From positions 1 through 57,449 of the forward strand of contig JBAYKT010000008.1 of NCBI GenBank assembly GCA_041664445.1: DNA of 57,449 nt, read 5' to 3'. Of this stretch, positions 45,890 to 55,081 are shown in pieces. The stretch comes from Patescibacteria group bacterium. GTDB taxonomy: Bacteria; Patescibacteriota; Patescibacteriia; Patescibacteriales; UBA12465. Made by a program: the position numbers and the translations under genes. Each line of letters opens with the position of its first letter. Positions within the stretch are counted from its first letter, which is position 1. The notes under the pieces were generated by a model. The model was not told the DNA's origin, did no database searches, and saw nothing but the letters and a program-made list of their open reading frames with translations.

Positions 45890-45918
45890 AAAAGGTATTC
45901 TTCGCAGAATACCTTTTT
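45890..45918. terminator. Bidirectional terminator
   Basis: AAAAGGTATTCT/AGAATACCTTTT. Confidence 0.8.
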
Positions 45919-45942
45919 AATTTTCTAATTTTAATTCAATTT

Positions 45943-46818
45943 TTATTCCATAACTCCTTCAAGGATGTCACCCCCGCCGTCTTCAACCATTAAGGCCTCG
46001 GTAGCGCTAGCGGAACTTCCACAAACCTTGAGTTCATTGAGATAAGCAGTCCAAACCGTCTTATGATTAGCAGCTGCCTTTTCCTTAACGCCATGAGCGC
46101 TTTCTTTAAAAGCTTGTAAACAAAGTTGGAGTTCAGAGCGCTGTTGCTTTATTAAGTCGGTAGTGGAAGTGGCTGCTGTGGTGGCGTTAATTGCCGCTTC
46201 TTGACAAGCAGTACGGCTGGAAATAGCAGCATTAAAAGCTAAAGAAGTTGCTTCATTATTAGTTTTAAGAGCAGTATCTTTAGTTTTAATGGCGCTAGTA
46301 ACGCAAGCGGATTCGGTAGCCGTTATATATTTCGGGGTAGAGCTAGCCTTTTTTTGTTCTTGATTTTTATTGGCATCCATTTTCTTTAGACCCCAAAGAG
46401 CAGTCCCAACTTTTTTAATCTGCTCATACTGATTTAACAACCAAGGGGCGGCAATTTTTTCAAATTGGCTGGATAGGTTATTAGCATTACCATCAACTTT
46501 TTTCGGAGTCGTACTGGCCAAGCGTTCAGTTTCTGTAGTGCTAGCCATTTTACGAACACCGTAAAGACTATTTCCCTGCTTGACGATGTTAGTAAAATTT
46601 TTAATCTGCTCGGGAGTAAGAATCTTCTCCAAACTAGACATTAATTGTCGAGTCTTAATGTCATTAGACTCTGACTTCTCTGCCGTTGTGCTTACGGCTT
46701 CACGCTCCCGCTCTTGTTCCTGCTCCTGTTCCTGATTTTGCTCCGCTAAAATAGGAGACAAGGCAACGAAGGAAAAAATCATTACGGCCGCTAAAGAGAT
46801 AGCGATTAGTTTTTTCAT
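45943..46818 (-). CDS. Secreted hypothetical protein with duplicated internal motif and helical C-terminus
   Basis: Signal peptide; QE-rich stretch; SLEKILTPEQI..VKQGNSLYGVRK vs QFEKIAAPWLL..IKKVGTALWGLKK. Confidence 0.65.
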   Translation of the reverse strand: MKKLIAISLAAVMIFSFVALSPILAEQNQEQEQEQEREREAVSTTAEKSESNDIKTRQLMSSLEKILTPEQIKNFTNIVKQGNSLYGVRKMASTTETERLASTTPKKVDGNANNLSSQFEKIAAPWLLNQYEQIKKVGTALWGLKKMDANKNQEQKKASSTPKYITATESACVTSAIKTKDTALKTNNEATSLAFNAAISSRTACQEAAINATTAATSTTDLIKQQRSELQLCLQAFKESAHGVKEKAAANHKTVWTAYLNELKVCGSSASATEALMVEDGGGDILEGVME

Positions 46819-46861
46819 ATTTTTTTATAATTAATAATTATATATAAATTTAGCTTTTTTA

Positions 46862-48001
46862 TTATTCAAAAATGGCCCGTGCGACCGCCAGCGCGACTTG
46901 TTTATCAAAGGGATCCGGTAAAATTAATTCCCGACTCGGGGCAGTAACCAAAGCGGCTAAATTTTCGGCAGCCCTAACAAGCATTACATCGGTAATCTGT
47001 TTAACTTTATTATCAAGCGCTCCCCGGAAAATGCCCGGAAAAGCCAAAACATTATTGATTTGATTTTTAAAATCACTACGTCCAGTAGCCACAATAAAAG
47101 CGCCGGCAGCTTCAGCCACGTCAGGCATAATTTCCGGAACCGGATTGGCGAGCGCAAAAATAATTGGTTTCTCGGCCATTGTTTGTACCATTTCCGGACT
47201 CAGAATTCCCGGAGCGCTGACGCCAATAAAAACATGAGTATTTTTAATAATTTCTTCTAAGTGGCCAGACTTTTTTTCGCGATTAGTGAAGGACGCTAGT
47301 TTAATTTTTGCCTCATTTAAACCGGGACGACCTTCGTAAATAGCGCCTTCGCGATCAATTGCAATAATATTTACAAAACCATAATCATATAAAAGCTTAG
47401 CGATGGCATCGCCAGCCGCCCCCGCGCCGCTAATAACCAATTGCGCCTCAGTTTTGCTAAGCCCTCGTAATTTTAAAGAATTTATGAGGCCAGCCAAAAC
47501 AACGGTTGCTGTTCCGTGTTGGTCATCGTGCATTACCGGAATATCTAACTCTGCTTTCAGGCGAGCTTCAATATTAAAACAACGAGGCGCCGAAATATCC
47601 TCCAGATTAATGCCACCAAAATTAGAAGCAATTAATTTAACCGTTTTGATAATTTCTTCCTCGTCTTGGGTAGCAATACAAATTGGAAAAGCATCAACGC
47701 CGGCAAATTCCTTAAAAAGCACACATTTCCCTTCCATAACCGGCAAAGCAGCTTCAGGGCCTAGGTTGCCTAAACCTAAAATAGCGCTACCATCGCTAAC
47801 CACTGCAACGGTATTGCCTTTAAGAGTTAGGGTGTTTGCCAAGGATTTATCTGCGGCGATTGCTCGAGAAATTTCTGCCACTCCGGGGCTATAAGCCAAA
47901 GAAAGTTCGGAGCGGCTGCCAAGCGGCACTTTGCTCCGAACTTCCAATTTTCCTCGATATTTTTTATGAAGCGCTAATGACTCCTGGTAAATATCCATCA
48001 A
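46862..48001 (-). CDS. NAD(P)-dependent malic enzyme
   Basis: VSDGSAILGLG; PVMEGKC; INLEDISAPRC; HDDQHGT; GAGAAG; NNVLAFPGIFRG. Confidence 0.93.
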   Translation of the reverse strand: MMDIYQESLALHKKYRGKLEVRSKVPLGSRSELSLAYSPGVAEISRAIAADKSLANTLTLKGNTVAVVSDGSAILGLGNLGPEAALPVMEGKCVLFKEFAGVDAFPICIATQDEEEIIKTVKLIASNFGGINLEDISAPRCFNIEARLKAELDIPVMHDDQHGTATVVLAGLINSLKLRGLSKTEAQLVISGAGAAGDAIAKLLYDYGFVNIIAIDREGAIYEGRPGLNEAKIKLASFTNREKKSGHLEEIIKNTHVFIGVSAPGILSPEMVQTMAEKPIIFALANPVPEIMPDVAEAAGAFIVATGRSDFKNQINNVLAFPGIFRGALDNKVKQITDVMLVRAAENLAALVTAPSRELILPDPFDKQVALAVARAIFE

Positions 48002-48012
48002 AATATTTTATA

Positions 48013-48444
48013 TTATTCGCTAGTAATCCCGGCCGGAGTAGCGACATTAAGACCGGAAGGAATTTCTGCGGTGGTAGCGCCTAAGCAATACTTAAGCGTG
48101 TATGAAGTTTGATCGCCACTAACGGTTTGCATAGCGTAAGTATAGGCGGCTGAACCAGAACAACCATCGTCAGGAATTGGCGGAGCAGGAACAAGTGCCA
48201 TGTAAACGACACCATTATAACTGATAGATGCACCCGGAGTAATACTAGCTGTTGCCGGATAAGACTGGGCATCATGCTCATACAAACCAAGAGCGGTTTG
48301 TAATTGTTTGACATCGCTCAAACGTTTAGCGTCACGCGCTCTGGCTCGAGACGATTGCAGGGCCAAAACAGACATGGTTGTTAATAGTCCAATGATAGCA
48401 ATTACCACTAAAAGCTCTATCAAGGTAAAACCTTTTTTGTTCAT
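48013..48444 (-). CDS. Type IV pilin / pseudopilin (class III signal peptide)
   Basis: KKG-FTLIELLVVIAIIGLL; ARDAKRLSDVKQLQTAL. Confidence 0.9.
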   Translation of the reverse strand: MNKKGFTLIELLVVIAIIGLLTTMSVLALQSSRARARDAKRLSDVKQLQTALGLYEHDAQSYPATASITPGASISYNGVVYMALVPAPPIPDDGCSGSAAYTYAMQTVSGDQTSYTLKYCLGATTAEIPSGLNVATPAGITSE

Positions 48445-48495
48445 ACTTTTTTTATATTTTAGTTTAATATTAACTACTATAAGTTTAATACTTTT

Positions 48496-48966
48496 TTAAG
48501 ATAACGACAAGTTTTTTCCCCAAAGAGTGGCCCGCTCCCTCTCACCATCTTTAAGCGCGCCCTTCTTACCTTGAACAATAAAACCTTCTGGGGATGAAGC
48601 TACCTCCCCACCCTTAGCAACTAAAATTTTTAAAATTCGCGGAGCGGCATAACCAATTGTTTTCATTAAAATCCGCAAACCAAAGTTTTGTTCTTTGGCT
48701 AGAAACCTGGTATCAAAGGCGGCTACTTTCTTGCCGCTTAAAGCGGCGGCCGGAATCATTTCTAAAAATGTTTGAGTTTCTTGTTTGGGGCGCCCACCAT
48801 AAGTCGGCGAACCAACAATTAAAAGTTGGACTTCCAATAAATCGGCAACTTTTACCTCTTTAACATTGAGCAGGCGCGTATTTTCTGGCGGAAAGGCCTT
48901 AGCGATATCGCGAGCGATTATTTCTGTATTCCCGTACATTGAATCAAAAATAATTAAAGTTTTCAT
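48496..48966 (-). CDS. Flavodoxin family protein
   Basis: FDSMYGNTE; VGSPTYGG; AAFDTR. Confidence 0.88.
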   Translation of the reverse strand: MKTLIIFDSMYGNTEIIARDIAKAFPPENTRLLNVKEVKVADLLEVQLLIVGSPTYGGRPKQETQTFLEMIPAAALSGKKVAAFDTRFLAKEQNFGLRILMKTIGYAAPRILKILVAKGGEVASSPEGFIVQGKKGALKDGERERATLWGKNLSLS

Positions 48967-48978
48967 ATATTTGAAAAA

Positions 48979-49413
48979 TTAAAATAGCTTATTTATTTTT
49001 TGCCAATTGCCTGGGAATAATTTGTCAGAGTTGCTTTCATTTATTTCTACCCAGATTGCCTCAAATTCCTCACCGCCATCAATAATTTTAAAACTATCTT
49101 GTTGATAGAGGCTTTTATCAACAAACTCGGCCTCATAAATAAAAGCGATTTCATGGCCAGCCTGATTATTATAAATAAAAATATTTTCCGCGACTTCTAA
49201 CAATTTAAGATTTTCTAATTCTGCGTTTAATTCTTCATGAATTTCCCTTTTGATTGCCTGTTCGCTAGTTTCTCCAAATTCAATTCCGCCTCCCAGTAGG
49301 CGGTAAAAATCCGTTCCCTTAATATCATCGTGACCAGGAGAAACTAAAATTTTGTTACCCTGTCTGATTAAGGCGACCGCTAAGCCCCTAATTCTACCTT
49401 CATGTATTGGCAT
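48979..49413 (-). CDS. NUDIX hydrolase
   Basis: LGGGIEFGETSEQAIKREIHEEL Nudix box; start moved to MPIHE. Confidence 0.88.
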   Translation of the reverse strand: MPIHEGRIRGLAVALIRQGNKILVSPGHDDIKGTDFYRLLGGGIEFGETSEQAIKREIHEELNAELENLKLLEVAENIFIYNNQAGHEIAFIYEAEFVDKSLYQQDSFKIIDGGEEFEAIWVEINESNSDKLFPGNWQKINKLF

Positions 49414-49498
49414 ATTGATTATTGACAAAAACTTAATAAAATTATACTATACTTTAATCGTAAAAAATCGCAATTTAACAACCAAAAACATATCCGTC

Positions 49499-49996
49499 AT
49501 GAAAAAACCAAGAACAAAAAAAATGAGAAACAAGGAACTGATTAGCTACATTAAGCTTCTAAGACAAAGGGCGGCAAAAAACATTTTTCGGAAGTGCCTA
49601 CTCCTTTTAATGTATTTAAATCTTCCCTATATTATTAGCGACAATTTAAACGATGCCAAACAACTAATTTTAGTGGGCTTTAATTTTAGTGTTATTATTA
49701 TCGGCCTGATGATTATTCACTTATACCCCCTAACTATTAGTCGTCGTCGCTACATAGAGCTGGCCGCCCCTTATGTGTATGATTATTTTCATACTTCAAT
49801 AAAAAATGCACATTTATATTGTCAGAAGGCGACTCGTTATCGGGAGTATCCTTTACCACCTGGGATCTGGGGATTTATGGCAAAAATGGAGCTCGACCAA
49901 AAAATTGAAGAGGCGCTTTTTATAGCGCGGCAACACGAGGAAGCTGCTAAAATCGTTCTAAAGGATATCCAATTATTAAAAAGGACTCTGGACTGA
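49499..49996 (+). CDS. Hypothetical membrane protein (2 TM)
   Basis: Start moved to ATG 49499, downstream of TTGACA-17-TACTAT at 49422-49450. Confidence 0.55.
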   Translation: MKKPRTKKMRNKELISYIKLLRQRAAKNIFRKCLLLLMYLNLPYIISDNLNDAKQLILVGFNFSVIIIGLMIIHLYPLTISRRRYIELAAPYVYDYFHTSIKNAHLYCQKATRYREYPLPPGIWGFMAKMELDQKIEEALFIARQHEEAAKIVLKDIQLLKRTLD

Positions 49997-50036
49997 CAAC
50001 GCTAATTTTTTGAAAAATTTTAATTTCATGTTACTT

Positions 50037-50070
50037 AAACCGCATCTTATTTAAAAGGGCGGTTTTTTTT
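50037..50070 (+). terminator. Intrinsic terminator
   Basis: AAACCGC/GCGGTTT plus T-run. Confidence 0.65.
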
Positions 50071-50163
50071 ATTTTAACATATTTTTCCCATTCCCTCTAT
50101 TTTTAAAACAAAAGAGACCCGATTGAGGGTCTCTTGTTATTTTTACATTCAAAAAAATTTCTT

Positions 50164-51639
50164 CTATTTAGCGAAGCTTCTTTTAAATTTCGGCGCCACC
50201 GCTTTTCCAAAAAAAGGCTGGCCGGTCGGACGTCTATTAGCCGCCGGACGCCCACTACCAGATGTTGGGTGACTGCGTCGAGCCGCCGCGCTGGCTGAAA
50301 GCTTGGGGCGAAATGGTTTGGCATCTGCGCTTCGTTCACGAAATGGTTTGGCTTCAGCACTACGACTACGAAATTGTTGTGCTCCTCCGGTTTTATGGCT
50401 AACAAATGGCTTACCAGAAAAAGACTTCCTTCTTACTTGGCTAGAATTATTAGAGCCAGAAACCGCCGCTCTTTCCTTAGAAAAAGCGACAAACTCTGTT
50501 CGTTTAATACTTTTATTAATTAATTTTTCAATCGCCATAATTTCTTTGCGCTCATCCATAGTGGCAAAGCTAATCGCTTTACCGGATTTACCAGCACGAG
50601 CCGTGCGGCCGATACGATGAACGTAATCTTCAGAATTATCCGGGAGATTATAATTAACTACCAGTTCAATTCCATTAACATCCAAACCCCGAGCGGCAAC
50701 ATCAGTCGCTACTAGAATACGTTCTCTTTGAGATTTAAAGGCGTCAAGTGCGGCGCGGCGGCGACTTAAGGATAAGTTGGAATGTATTTCCGTGGCTCGC
50801 TGTCCCAATGCTTTTAGTTTCATAGTTAGAGTCTTAACTCCGTGCTTAGTGCGCACAAAAACTAAAACTGAACCAGAATAAGTAGCTAAAACTTTTACTA
50901 AATGTTCAAAGCGTTCATCACCTCTGATAATAAAAATTTCTTGATCAATTTGAGCGGCGGTGGTTCCCTGGGGAGCAACTTCAATACTAATCGGCAGTTT
51001 CATATAATTAGCTGCGATTTTTACAATTGCTGCCGGCATGGTCGCGGAAAACAACATTGTTTGGCGCGCCGCTGGCATCTGATCTAGAATTTCTTTGATT
51101 TGCGGTGCAAAACCCATATCTAACATCATGTCAGCTTCATCAAGCACCAATGTGTTCACTTGGTCTAACTTAAAAGTATGGCGCTTTAAATGGTCAATTA
51201 AACGACCGGGGGTGGCTACCACGATATGCGGTTTCTTGCGTAAATGAAAAAGCTGGCGATCTAAGGATTCACCACCGATTAAAACCGCGGTGCGCAGACC
51301 CAAAGGCTGACCGAGCTTTTTAATACTCTCCTCAACCTGCAGGGCTAACTCGCGAGTAGGAGCGATAATCAAGCCTTGTCCTTTCAATTTACCCAGTCTT
51401 TCGAGCATGGGAATACCAAAAGCAAAAGTCTTGCCGGTGCCTGTTTGAGCAATACCAATGATATCCTGGCCGGAAATAGCCGCCGGAATAGTCTTAGCTT
51501 GAATTGGAGTCGGAGACTCTAAATTAAGTTTCTTGAGAATTTCCAAGATTGAATTACTGATTCCTAAATCAGCAAATGCTGGTTTTTCTTTTTCAGAAAA
51601 AGCAAGCGTTTGACGCTGAGCGTCATCGTTTTTTGTCAT
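50164..51639 (-). CDS. DEAD-box RNA helicase
   Basis: AQTGTGKT; APTRELA; TPGRL; DEAD; SAT; HRIGRTAR. Confidence 0.95.
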   Translation of the reverse strand: MTKNDDAQRQTLAFSEKEKPAFADLGISNSILEILKKLNLESPTPIQAKTIPAAISGQDIIGIAQTGTGKTFAFGIPMLERLGKLKGQGLIIAPTRELALQVEESIKKLGQPLGLRTAVLIGGESLDRQLFHLRKKPHIVVATPGRLIDHLKRHTFKLDQVNTLVLDEADMMLDMGFAPQIKEILDQMPAARQTMLFSATMPAAIVKIAANYMKLPISIEVAPQGTTAAQIDQEIFIIRGDERFEHLVKVLATYSGSVLVFVRTKHGVKTLTMKLKALGQRATEIHSNLSLSRRRAALDAFKSQRERILVATDVAARGLDVNGIELVVNYNLPDNSEDYVHRIGRTARAGKSGKAISFATMDERKEIMAIEKLINKSIKRTEFVAFSKERAAVSGSNNSSQVRRKSFSGKPFVSHKTGGAQQFRSRSAEAKPFRERSADAKPFRPKLSASAAARRSHPTSGSGRPAANRRPTGQPFFGKAVAPKFKRSFAK

Positions 51640-51805
51640 AAAAAAAATAAGTGACCCGATTATCTTTCAGGCCACTTAATATATGACAGAAATACTTGAT
51701 ATTCGAATCTTGATTTAATAACTTAATAATAGCACATAATTTAAATTAAGTCAAGATATTTGTCTAGAGTAATTTTGGCTTATATTAGCCACTAAATCGC
51801 AAAAT

Positions 51806-52732
51806 TTAAATTATTTTTTTCTTTCGCAAGAAAATCAATAAAACCCCGATTAGAATAACAATTGAGGTGATTATCCCCCAATAAGCCTCCGGGCTCTTAT
51901 CATAAGGCAGACGGACATTCATACCGTAAAAGCTGGTAATCATAGTCGGCAAGGCCAGAATAACCGTGGAAACGGTTAAAACTTTCATAACCCTGTTTAA
52001 ACGGTTGGTAGAAATAACTTCATGCGCCTGACGAATATTAACGATATTAGTCAGGTTGCTTTTAGAGCGTTCGATTAACTGTTCATTATTAAGCTGCAAA
52101 TCTTCAACCAGCTCTTTATCATCTTGATATAGCTCTAAAGTTTTTCCACCCAGGATATTAGTCAGAACATGGCGTAGAGGCAAAAGAGCGTTAATAAAAT
52201 CATTCAAGACCACTTCATAGTTAACAAAATTAATAATATCCTGGTCTTTAAAATTACCGACATTAAGGGAAAAATAATTTATTCGTTTATTTATTTTGTT
52301 CAATAAGTCGCTATACAAGCCTTCCATCTCAGAAAATAAACGTAAAAATAATTTAGTCCTCTGGGTTGTGAAATACTTTTTCCGTTTATCAACTACGGAA
52401 ATTAAAAAGTCGGGATTCTTACGCGACACAATCATTAAAAAATCCTTACCGACGCAAAACATTACCGGGAAAGTAGAAATTTGCCGCAAACTTTCTTTAA
52501 GCTCGGGAATGCGCGAAAAAATATAAGCCGCATTTTTCTTAATTTCCATACGCGGCGATTCGTAAGGATCAAGCGCATCCATAATCAGGCCTTCTTCCAG
52601 GGAAAATTTTTTAGAAATAAACTCAACCTCCTCCTCGCTGGGATCGCTAACATATACTAAACTACCGATTTGAAACTCGGCTAATTTTTTAAGCTTATTG
52701 TCTTTAACAGTGCGTTGATAATATTTAATCAT
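51806..52732 (-). CDS. corA: CorA-family Mg2+ transporter (second copy)
   Basis: SFYGMNVRLP signature with two C-terminal TM. Confidence 0.88.
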   Translation of the reverse strand: MIKYYQRTVKDNKLKKLAEFQIGSLVYVSDPSEEEVEFISKKFSLEEGLIMDALDPYESPRMEIKKNAAYIFSRIPELKESLRQISTFPVMFCVGKDFLMIVSRKNPDFLISVVDKRKKYFTTQRTKLFLRLFSEMEGLYSDLLNKINKRINYFSLNVGNFKDQDIINFVNYEVVLNDFINALLPLRHVLTNILGGKTLELYQDDKELVEDLQLNNEQLIERSKSNLTNIVNIRQAHEVISTNRLNRVMKVLTVSTVILALPTMITSFYGMNVRLPYDKSPEAYWGIITSIVILIGVLLIFLRKKKII

Positions 52733-52858
52733 AAAGTTACCATAAAAATATTTACAAATTTATTATAACTCTAAATAATCAGAAATACTAATAAAAAAAT
52801 AAAAGCGGTCTCTAAATAAATAAAGACCGCTCCAAAATTTTAAAATCTACATTACAAT

Positions 52859-53554
52859 TTAACGCATCATTTGATCAATAATTTTAGCCACCTCCGCTTT
52901 ATTGGCGTCGGCAGTTATAATTATAGAAGTAACTTTGGGATAAATTTTCCCATTGTTTTCTTTGCGCCTAACAGACTGGACACAATACGTGCCCCCGATA
53001 ACTTGAATAGTCGCTTCACGAATCGGACAAAATTTGCCGCGAGCATGCTTGGCATGCACTTGACGACGCAGTTCTACGGTATTTCCATCAGTGGCATAGG
53101 AATAGCAATAATCACCGGCGCGTGAATGTTCACACAGATTACCGCCCTCATAGACTTTAACATCGATTTCAGAGACTGTCTGTAAAAAATCTGAAGGTAA
53201 TTCGTGAGACCATAGGGAAATCAAAATTGGATCGTTAACATTTTTTAATAAATGCCAAACGCCGCGATGAGCACTACCGGAAGAAACAGCCCATAATCCT
53301 TTTCCGGGTTTCAGAATGAAACCTTTCTGACGACTTCTTTTTAAATTTCGGATTTTTTGAAAATTCTCATTAGGGCCGAGAGTAATCAGGGCGATAAACG
53401 GTTGGCGACTCCACCAAATTTTTTTAGCAAAGTAGCTAATAAAATCACCGATGCCAAAAATAGTGTTCGGCTCTATCCGCTGATAAAGGTCGCCGTTTTC
53501 TTTACGTAACACGAAGGCTTGGCCTTCGTAGTTACCATGTAATAGGACTCGCAT
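52859..53554 (-). CDS. Hypothetical cytoplasmic protein
   Basis: Intact 231-aa ORF 2 nt downstream of the lipoprotein gene. Confidence 0.55.
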   Translation of the reverse strand: MRVLLHGNYEGQAFVLRKENGDLYQRIEPNTIFGIGDFISYFAKKIWWSRQPFIALITLGPNENFQKIRNLKRSRQKGFILKPGKGLWAVSSGSAHRGVWHLLKNVNDPILISLWSHELPSDFLQTVSEIDVKVYEGGNLCEHSRAGDYCYSYATDGNTVELRRQVHAKHARGKFCPIREATIQVIGGTYCVQSVRRKENNGKIYPKVTSIIITADANKAEVAKIIDQMMR

Positions 53555-53556
53555 GA

Positions 53557-53892
53557 CTAATACTTTTTGATGATGACAGCGTGATGATAAGTGGCGCCTT
53601 CAACTAAGCGTTCCCGCGGCGTTCCTTTCGCCGCCCAAACAAAAGCAGTCTTTAGGCGTCTTTCAGATTCAATCTTAGTTACCGTCTTATATTCTTCGCG
53701 GTAGTAATTGCCGTCAAAATAATTAAGCCAGTGTTTTTCAACGATACACGTATCGCCGATAGAGAGATTTAAGCGGTTTTCAATGAGAGGAATTGTGTCA
53801 TTACTGCCAACAATTCGCACATCAATTGCTTCCGGAGCGCAACTCAATAAGCACCCCATTAATAACAATACAAAAACAAAAATAGTCTTCAT
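53557..53892 (-). CDS. Small lipoprotein
   Basis: MKTIFVFVLLLMGCLLSC lipobox. Confidence 0.6.
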   Translation of the reverse strand: MKTIFVFVLLLMGCLLSCAPEAIDVRIVGSNDTIPLIENRLNLSIGDTCIVEKHWLNYFDGNYYREEYKTVTKIESERRLKTAFVWAAKGTPRERLVEGATYHHAVIIKKY

Positions 53893-54050
53893 TTTTCAGA
53901 GTTTTATCAGTTTAAAGATTCGTATTAAATATTTAAATTATTAAAGGTCTAATAGCCAAAAATTATCACAAAGATATAATTATGTCAATACTAGCTTAAT
54001 TATGACTATTGCCCGCTTGCAAATAATTTAATATTTGCTAAAATAGCTTT

Positions 54051-54131
54051 ATGTTTAATTTATCGCTGAACAACTACTACAATAATCAATTTAATTTCTG
54101 GAGCAATCTCCGGCAAATTTTTATTGATTAA
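54051..54131 (+). CDS. 26-aa Asn-rich leaderless small ORF (not in ORF track)
   Basis: MFNLSLNNYYNNQFNFWSNLRQIFID; ATG 6 nt after extended -10 TGCTAAAAT. Confidence 0.4.
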   Translation: MFNLSLNNYYNNQFNFWSNLRQIFID

Positions 54132-54177
54132 ACCCTGTTGAATAAACATCCCAAAAATAAAAAAATCAATAAATAAC

Positions 54178-54210
54178 GACCGGATTCAATATCAGAATCC
54201 GGTCTTTATT
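54178..54210 (+). terminator. Perfect 10-bp hairpin / terminator
   Basis: GACCGGATTC/GAATCCGGTC followed by TTTATTT. Confidence 0.7.
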
Positions 54211-54266
54211 TGTTTTAATAGAACTTTAATAATTAAATATTTGTTTCACTCTTAAAATTATGATTT

Positions 54267-54992
54267 ATGAAAAGTAAAAATCAAAACTCCGGAAGAAAAG
54301 TAAAGTTTGTAAGTTCCAACAACATTATGGAATTAGACGACTTCCATGCCGTTAAAGCTAATGAATTAGTGGCAAAGTTGCGAACCAATGTTAAGGAAAG
54401 TATTTTTGTGGAAATTGATTGCGCGCCTAATGGCAGCTTAAATGCCTTCAATTATGGCAACGGATTAAATTCGGTAAAAATTATCAAAGAAATCGGTCTG
54501 CCCTTATTGCGCAATGAACTAGCTGACTGGGAAAGAAAAATTAAAGCCGCGTCCAATTCTTCCTTCCAAACCGATTTTGCTTTAGGGGAAATTGCCGGTC
54601 TCTGGAAAAGAATAACTATGACTAATTATTCAGAGATGCTTGATTGGAGCCAGCCATTTTGCCTTAAAAACGAAAAGGGGCTAACTAAAATTTGGCATCC
54701 AGAATGGCGACGCCTGGGATTCAAAAATGGCTTTTCTACCCGTAGCGCGCTAATTAAATTCATTGCCGCTGGAAATGTCTATTGGCAGAAATTTTACATG
54801 CCGCTCCCCACGCCGGAATGCAGCTTGAATTGGCGGATGTATTATCGTCTGGTATTTTTTTCTCCGGCCGATAGTTTCGACTTAGAATTGATGGGCGGAT
54901 TATGGATTAGTCGTCCGGGATATAAAATTTACCCCGAGGAAAACGCTTTAGTCGGTTTAGTGTCGCCGCTAACAACAGCGGAATTTATTTAA
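54267..54992 (+). CDS. Hypothetical protein, possibly degenerate ATP-grasp-like C-terminus
   Basis: VYWQKFYMP...YYRLVFF...GGLWISRP pattern; family not recognised with certainty. Confidence 0.5.
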   Translation: MKSKNQNSGRKVKFVSSNNIMELDDFHAVKANELVAKLRTNVKESIFVEIDCAPNGSLNAFNYGNGLNSVKIIKEIGLPLLRNELADWERKIKAASNSSFQTDFALGEIAGLWKRITMTNYSEMLDWSQPFCLKNEKGLTKIWHPEWRRLGFKNGFSTRSALIKFIAAGNVYWQKFYMPLPTPECSLNWRMYYRLVFFSPADSFDLELMGGLWISRPGYKIYPEENALVGLVSPLTTAEFI

Positions 54993-55027
54993 GAGTGAAA
55001 TTGCTCTTTACTAAAAAACCTAAAAAC

Positions 55028-55059
55028 AAAAAAGGCGGGAAACAAAATCCCGCCTTTTT
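55028..55059. terminator. Bidirectional terminator
   Basis: AAAAAGGCGGGA/TCCCGCCTTTTT. Confidence 0.8.
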
Positions 55060-55081
55060 CATTTATCTTTAACCTTTAATT

